From positions 868,001 through 932,000 of the forward strand of contig CP142734.1 in assembly GCA_036630325.1 (NCBI GenBank): 64,000 nucleotides of DNA. Reading direction: 5' to 3'. A program made the translations under genes and the position numbers. The notes below the pieces were generated by a model. That model was not told where the DNA came from. It saw only the letters and a list, made by a program, of their open reading frames with translations, and ran no database searches. This document shows, piece by piece, positions 60,420 to 64,000 of the stretch; position 1 is the stretch's first letter; every line of letters begins with the position of its first letter. This stretch comes from Vairimorpha necatrix. Lineage: Eukaryota.

Positions 60420-60750
60420 GTGTAGTTTATACTTCTTATTTAAGAAGGATAGGCTCCAGTCAGTGTCTCCTGCTTGTAGGTAGCTTTCGGCTCCATGTTA
60501 TTTTCCACATCGGCTTCATCTCCTCTCCTTCGGTAGTCTAGAGAAAGGGTTTCTAGCGTCTTTTTTGCGTGATCATCTGAAAGTACGCTTCTACCTTCTT
60601 AAAGATTTAAAGTCTTGTGGTATAAGATTTGTGAAACTTGGTCACTATATCGTCCGAAGTGATTACGTAGGGAATTGTTTCTGTTTTTAACCCATATATT
60701 TAGCTCGGTTCGTTCGCAAGGACATCATACTTTTTTATCTTATCGTTTTC
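60420..60750 (-). mobile_element. Short 3' fragment of RLE-type non-LTR element, close to 49860-50200
   Basis: Near-identical blocks such as CATATATTTAGCTCGGTTCGTTCGCAAG and GTAGTCTAGAGAAA are shared with the 50 kb copy. Confidence 0.75.
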
Positions 60751-61849
60751 GAAATATCTACTACAATGTATTTATTTTGAATATTCCCGTAAAAATATAG
60801 TTCTTTATTTTCAAAAAATAATATAAACCAAAAATTTATATGCAGAGCATGAAGAAGTCCAAAGACTGACATAATAATTTATTGGAAAAAAAATTACACC
60901 TAAAGCTATATAGAACTAAAAAGTCAAATTAAATAGCATTAGCGGCTCTCATTATAGCATACAAAGGGGGAATATACTCTATTGAAGATGTTTTATTATG
61001 AAATGGCAAAATAAGAATATTGTTTAAAAAGAACACAAAATTATTTTAATTTAAAGATTTAAATAAATGAACATTTGATCAAATGGCAATAAAGTGCGAA
61101 AGAATATTTGACCCGGTTATATGCGGAAACATGACAGGATAAAAATTTTATTTTCCTATATTGTGCTACAATTCTGACCGACAAGATGTAAAGAACAATT
61201 ATTCCTCGATTCGAACATTTTTTCACACTAAGTCGAAAGATATTGGGTGTGCATCAACATACAAAGTTAGTTTAAATGAGGTACAATAAGCCGGACATAT
61301 AAAGGATGAACAAATATATAAAAGAAAATAAGAGGAAGGTAATATTACACACCTAAATGTTATTTGTTTTTATTTAATTGTTTCAAAATCAAAATTCAAA
61401 AAATAAGAAGCCAGAAAAGACAAAAATTACTGACCACTTTTAATCTTAAAAATAAGATGTACATATATTAAAATATAAAATTTGATTTATAATTATGTTA
61501 AAATCATTAAATTATACGTTTAAAGTTCATTATGCCTAATTAATATGAAAATTTTATAGACTCTAAAAACAATTCTAAAATGTTAAAATGTGTTATATTG
61601 TTTTCAAAAAAGGGTAATTTATATTTGAACATGTATTTTATTTTTAAATAAGATTCATTCTTCAATAGTTTCAAAGAATGCTTGATAACCATAATTCTTC
61701 CCGGTGTATATTCAATCTCTTGTTCTGAAAAGGACTCTTAGAAGTGTTTCTTCGAAATATAAAAGAGCAGGAGATCTTGAGTGATAAGTAAAGACGAGAG
61801 ACGGAGAGTCTAATCAACTCTACTCACAGAGAAAGGCATATGAGACTGC

Positions 61850-62290
61850 AATAGAAGCATAAGGAAAGATGCTTCGTTAAATAAAAATAAACTTCACCGA
61901 TAATTAGTTCGTTATGTAATAACATGGGATAAAGTGATGACCAAATTTTACAGAAAGTACATCAGGGAGCTGGAAATTTGACCCTCCCTTGAAAAATACA
62001 TCCAGTCTATTGTGTTGAAGTATACTAGAGATTCCATCTCTATTTAACGACGACAAAGATACGATCAAGATGAAGTTGGGAAAAATAAGTGACTAGAGCT
62101 GTATGCGCACTAGAAAAATGGCGACTTTAAAGATGTATTGTCGTTATCAAAGGATAAACCAACCCCAGAAGTTTAATTAGGAGAATAATTCCACAAGAGT
62201 CATTTCTGAAGATCTTTATTGCATGAGCTATATAGGGATAAGCTGTGTTACAAATATCTAAGCTAAAGCAATAAAATTTATTTCAATGAA
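61850..62290 (+). mobile_element. Degenerate 3' fragment of RLE-type non-LTR element, related to 20780-21330
   Basis: YVITWDKVMTKFYRKY motif. The 3' tail TAGGGA(T)AAGCTGTG is shared with 21260. Confidence 0.6.
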
Positions 62291-62357
62291 CTATTTATAA
62301 TTTCTTTGGTAATCTAATTCTAAACAAACAAAACATTTTAAATCATATGGAAACTTA

Positions 62358-63629
62358 GGTTAAGTTCTCGACTTACCCCCCCCCCACCCCTAAAAAAAAT
62401 AAAAAAAGGGGAAAAAATAAAAAAAAATAAAAAAAGGGGAAAAAATAAAAAAAAATAAAAAAAGGGGAAAAAATAAAAAAAAATAAAAAAACGTTTAATT
62501 CTCGACTTAACCCCCCTTACCCCCCAAAAAAAACAAAAAAAATTATTCCACAATTGTAAAGTCTATTTCAGGAATAATATCATAAGCTACAATACTAAAA
62601 TTACCTATTTGAAAAAATTCTAACATTTTATCCAATAGATTTTCACGATATATTAATTTGAATCTGTTAATGTAAATCTTTCTTACAAGATTCATAATAG
62701 TACCATGACTAGTTCCTCCTTTTCTTAGTTCTCTTTTAATAACCGACCACATTCCCTCTATAGTCTGAGTATGCGCACCAGTTATATTATCAACAAAATT
62801 TTGGCTGTGATTCACAGTCAAATGTAGATACTCATATTCTACACAGATTGTTTGAATATCACAATATCCACGCCAACAATCTGTCACAATTGTGGTCCCC
62901 GGAGCAATTTTTCTTGTAATTAATTCAACAAGAGTAGCTCTTGTTCTATTTTCTACGATCTCAAAGAAAAAAGAATTTGCATCCCCTCTCACAACGCCTC
63001 CAACTGCCCATACTTGATATTGAAGAACCCTTCCCGCATGGTTTTTACTTTTTACAAGTAAAGTTTCATCAATTTCAACAATACAACCGACGCCGCCAAT
63101 CGTTTGATTGTTTATATATGTTGAATAAGAGACGTACACGGCGTTATTAAAACGCGTAAACCATCTTGATACCGTACATTTACCTATATCAAGTTCTAAC
63201 GTGGAGGCCAAATTACTTGAACCCTTTACCCATTCGCTAAGCAATATTAAAAGATCCTCAATAGGCAATTTTGAGTTCTTAAAAACGCTTTGTTTCATTA
63301 TGGTTCCTTTGTTAGAACATTTTTTACCATCACGCCTTGAATAACAACGATAGTTTTCAGTGTTGGTCCGATTTTGAGTCATTGGTATATTGCATTTATT
63401 GCACATAGGGACCCTCAAAATGTTTTTTGCAATTAAAAATTGCATTAACTCATTTTTTTTATAGATGAGTTTTCTAAATTCTTTAATTCTCATTATGGGT
63501 CAAATTTTTTATTTCTTTTATTTTTTCCCCTTTTTTTATTTTTTCCCCTTTTTTTTATTTTTCCCCCCTTTTTTATTTTTTTTTATTTTTTTTAGGGGTG
63601 GGGGGGGGGGGTAAGTCGAGAACTTAACC
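62358..63629 (-). mobile_element. Intact Merlin DNA transposon
   Basis: Perfect TIR GGTTAAGTTCTCGACTTACCCC and 8-bp TSD GAAACTTA. Subterminal tandem A/G-rich units occur at both ends and the transposase is uninterrupted. Confidence 0.95.
62543..63493 (-). CDS. Merlin/ISXO2-like DDE transposase
   Basis: N-terminal CxxC..C..C zinc ribbon, VEIDET, WAVGGV, VTDCWRGY, VNHS and HTQTIEGMWS. Confidence 0.93.
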   Translation of the reverse strand: MRIKEFRKLIYKKNELMQFLIAKNILRVPMCNKCNIPMTQNRTNTENYRCYSRRDGKKCSNKGTIMKQSVFKNSKLPIEDLLILLSEWVKGSSNLASTLELDIGKCTVSRWFTRFNNAVYVSYSTYINNQTIGGVGCIVEIDETLLVKSKNHAGRVLQYQVWAVGGVVRGDANSFFFEIVENRTRATLVELITRKIAPGTTIVTDCWRGYCDIQTICVEYEYLHLTVNHSQNFVDNITGAHTQTIEGMWSVIKRELRKGGTSHGTIMNLVRKIYINRFKLIYRENLLDKMLEFFQIGNFSIVAYDIIPEIDFTIVE

Positions 63630-64000
63630 GAAACTTAAAATAATCTAAATATACTTAATGTTTAGAATTATAGAAATAAAAAAAATTAAATTAATTTTGA
63701 ACTTGTAAGGTCTATAGAAATTTGTTTAACCTCAGATCTAAATTTTTAAACTTGTTTTTTAAATGTGTAAAAATAATGACCGATATGCGTACTTTAAAAG
63801 AATCGATAACCCGACATGCTATATTATTATGTAATAAACGTAAAGTCGTTTTATTCAAATTATCTATGCTTTAATTATTAACAAATAAAAATTTTAAATT
63901 AATTAGTTTATTCTTTTGCCTTTTGCATGTCATTCAAATTTGCTAAATATGTGAATAAAATCCCCCATACTATTTTACTAGCACTCATTTCTGTGTTTTT

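Noticed and set aside
62390-62495. Tandem 26-bp A/G-rich units as a CRISPR or telomeric array
   Set aside because: There are no spacers. They are mirrored subterminal repeats of the Merlin element.

Overview
This is very AT-rich eukaryotic DNA that looks microsporidian (Nosema/Vairimorpha-like). That is inferred from compact intronless genes, a CCC motif just upstream of most ATGs, and divergent housekeeping proteins. A small core-gene island at 37.1-41.5 kb (Pcf11-like factor, a membrane protein, a Ubc7/Cdc34-type E2, DMC1) sits among lineage-specific, probably secreted gene families and many transposable elements. The elements are four Merlin DNA transposons (one intact), a MULE that disrupts a secreted-family gene, a Ginger/Tdd-like integrase element, two foldback MITEs, a decayed APE-RT LINE, several 3' fragments of RLE-type non-LTR elements, and four Ty3/Gypsy elements. 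The most striking feature is the Gypsy group. The three full-length elements are only about 3.1 kb with 38-49 bp LTRs bounded by 5-bp TSDs, PBS and PPT, and the fourth is a truncated copy. The intact copy (11635-14709, identical LTRs) has one ORF running from inside the 5' LTR into the 3' LTR, encoding a tiny Gag-like region plus RT, RNase H and integrase with no recognisable protease. Also notable are secreted paralogues with EPIYA/SH2-type tyrosine motifs, MITE arms that co-vary within each copy, and a candidate tRNA-headed SINE-like family.
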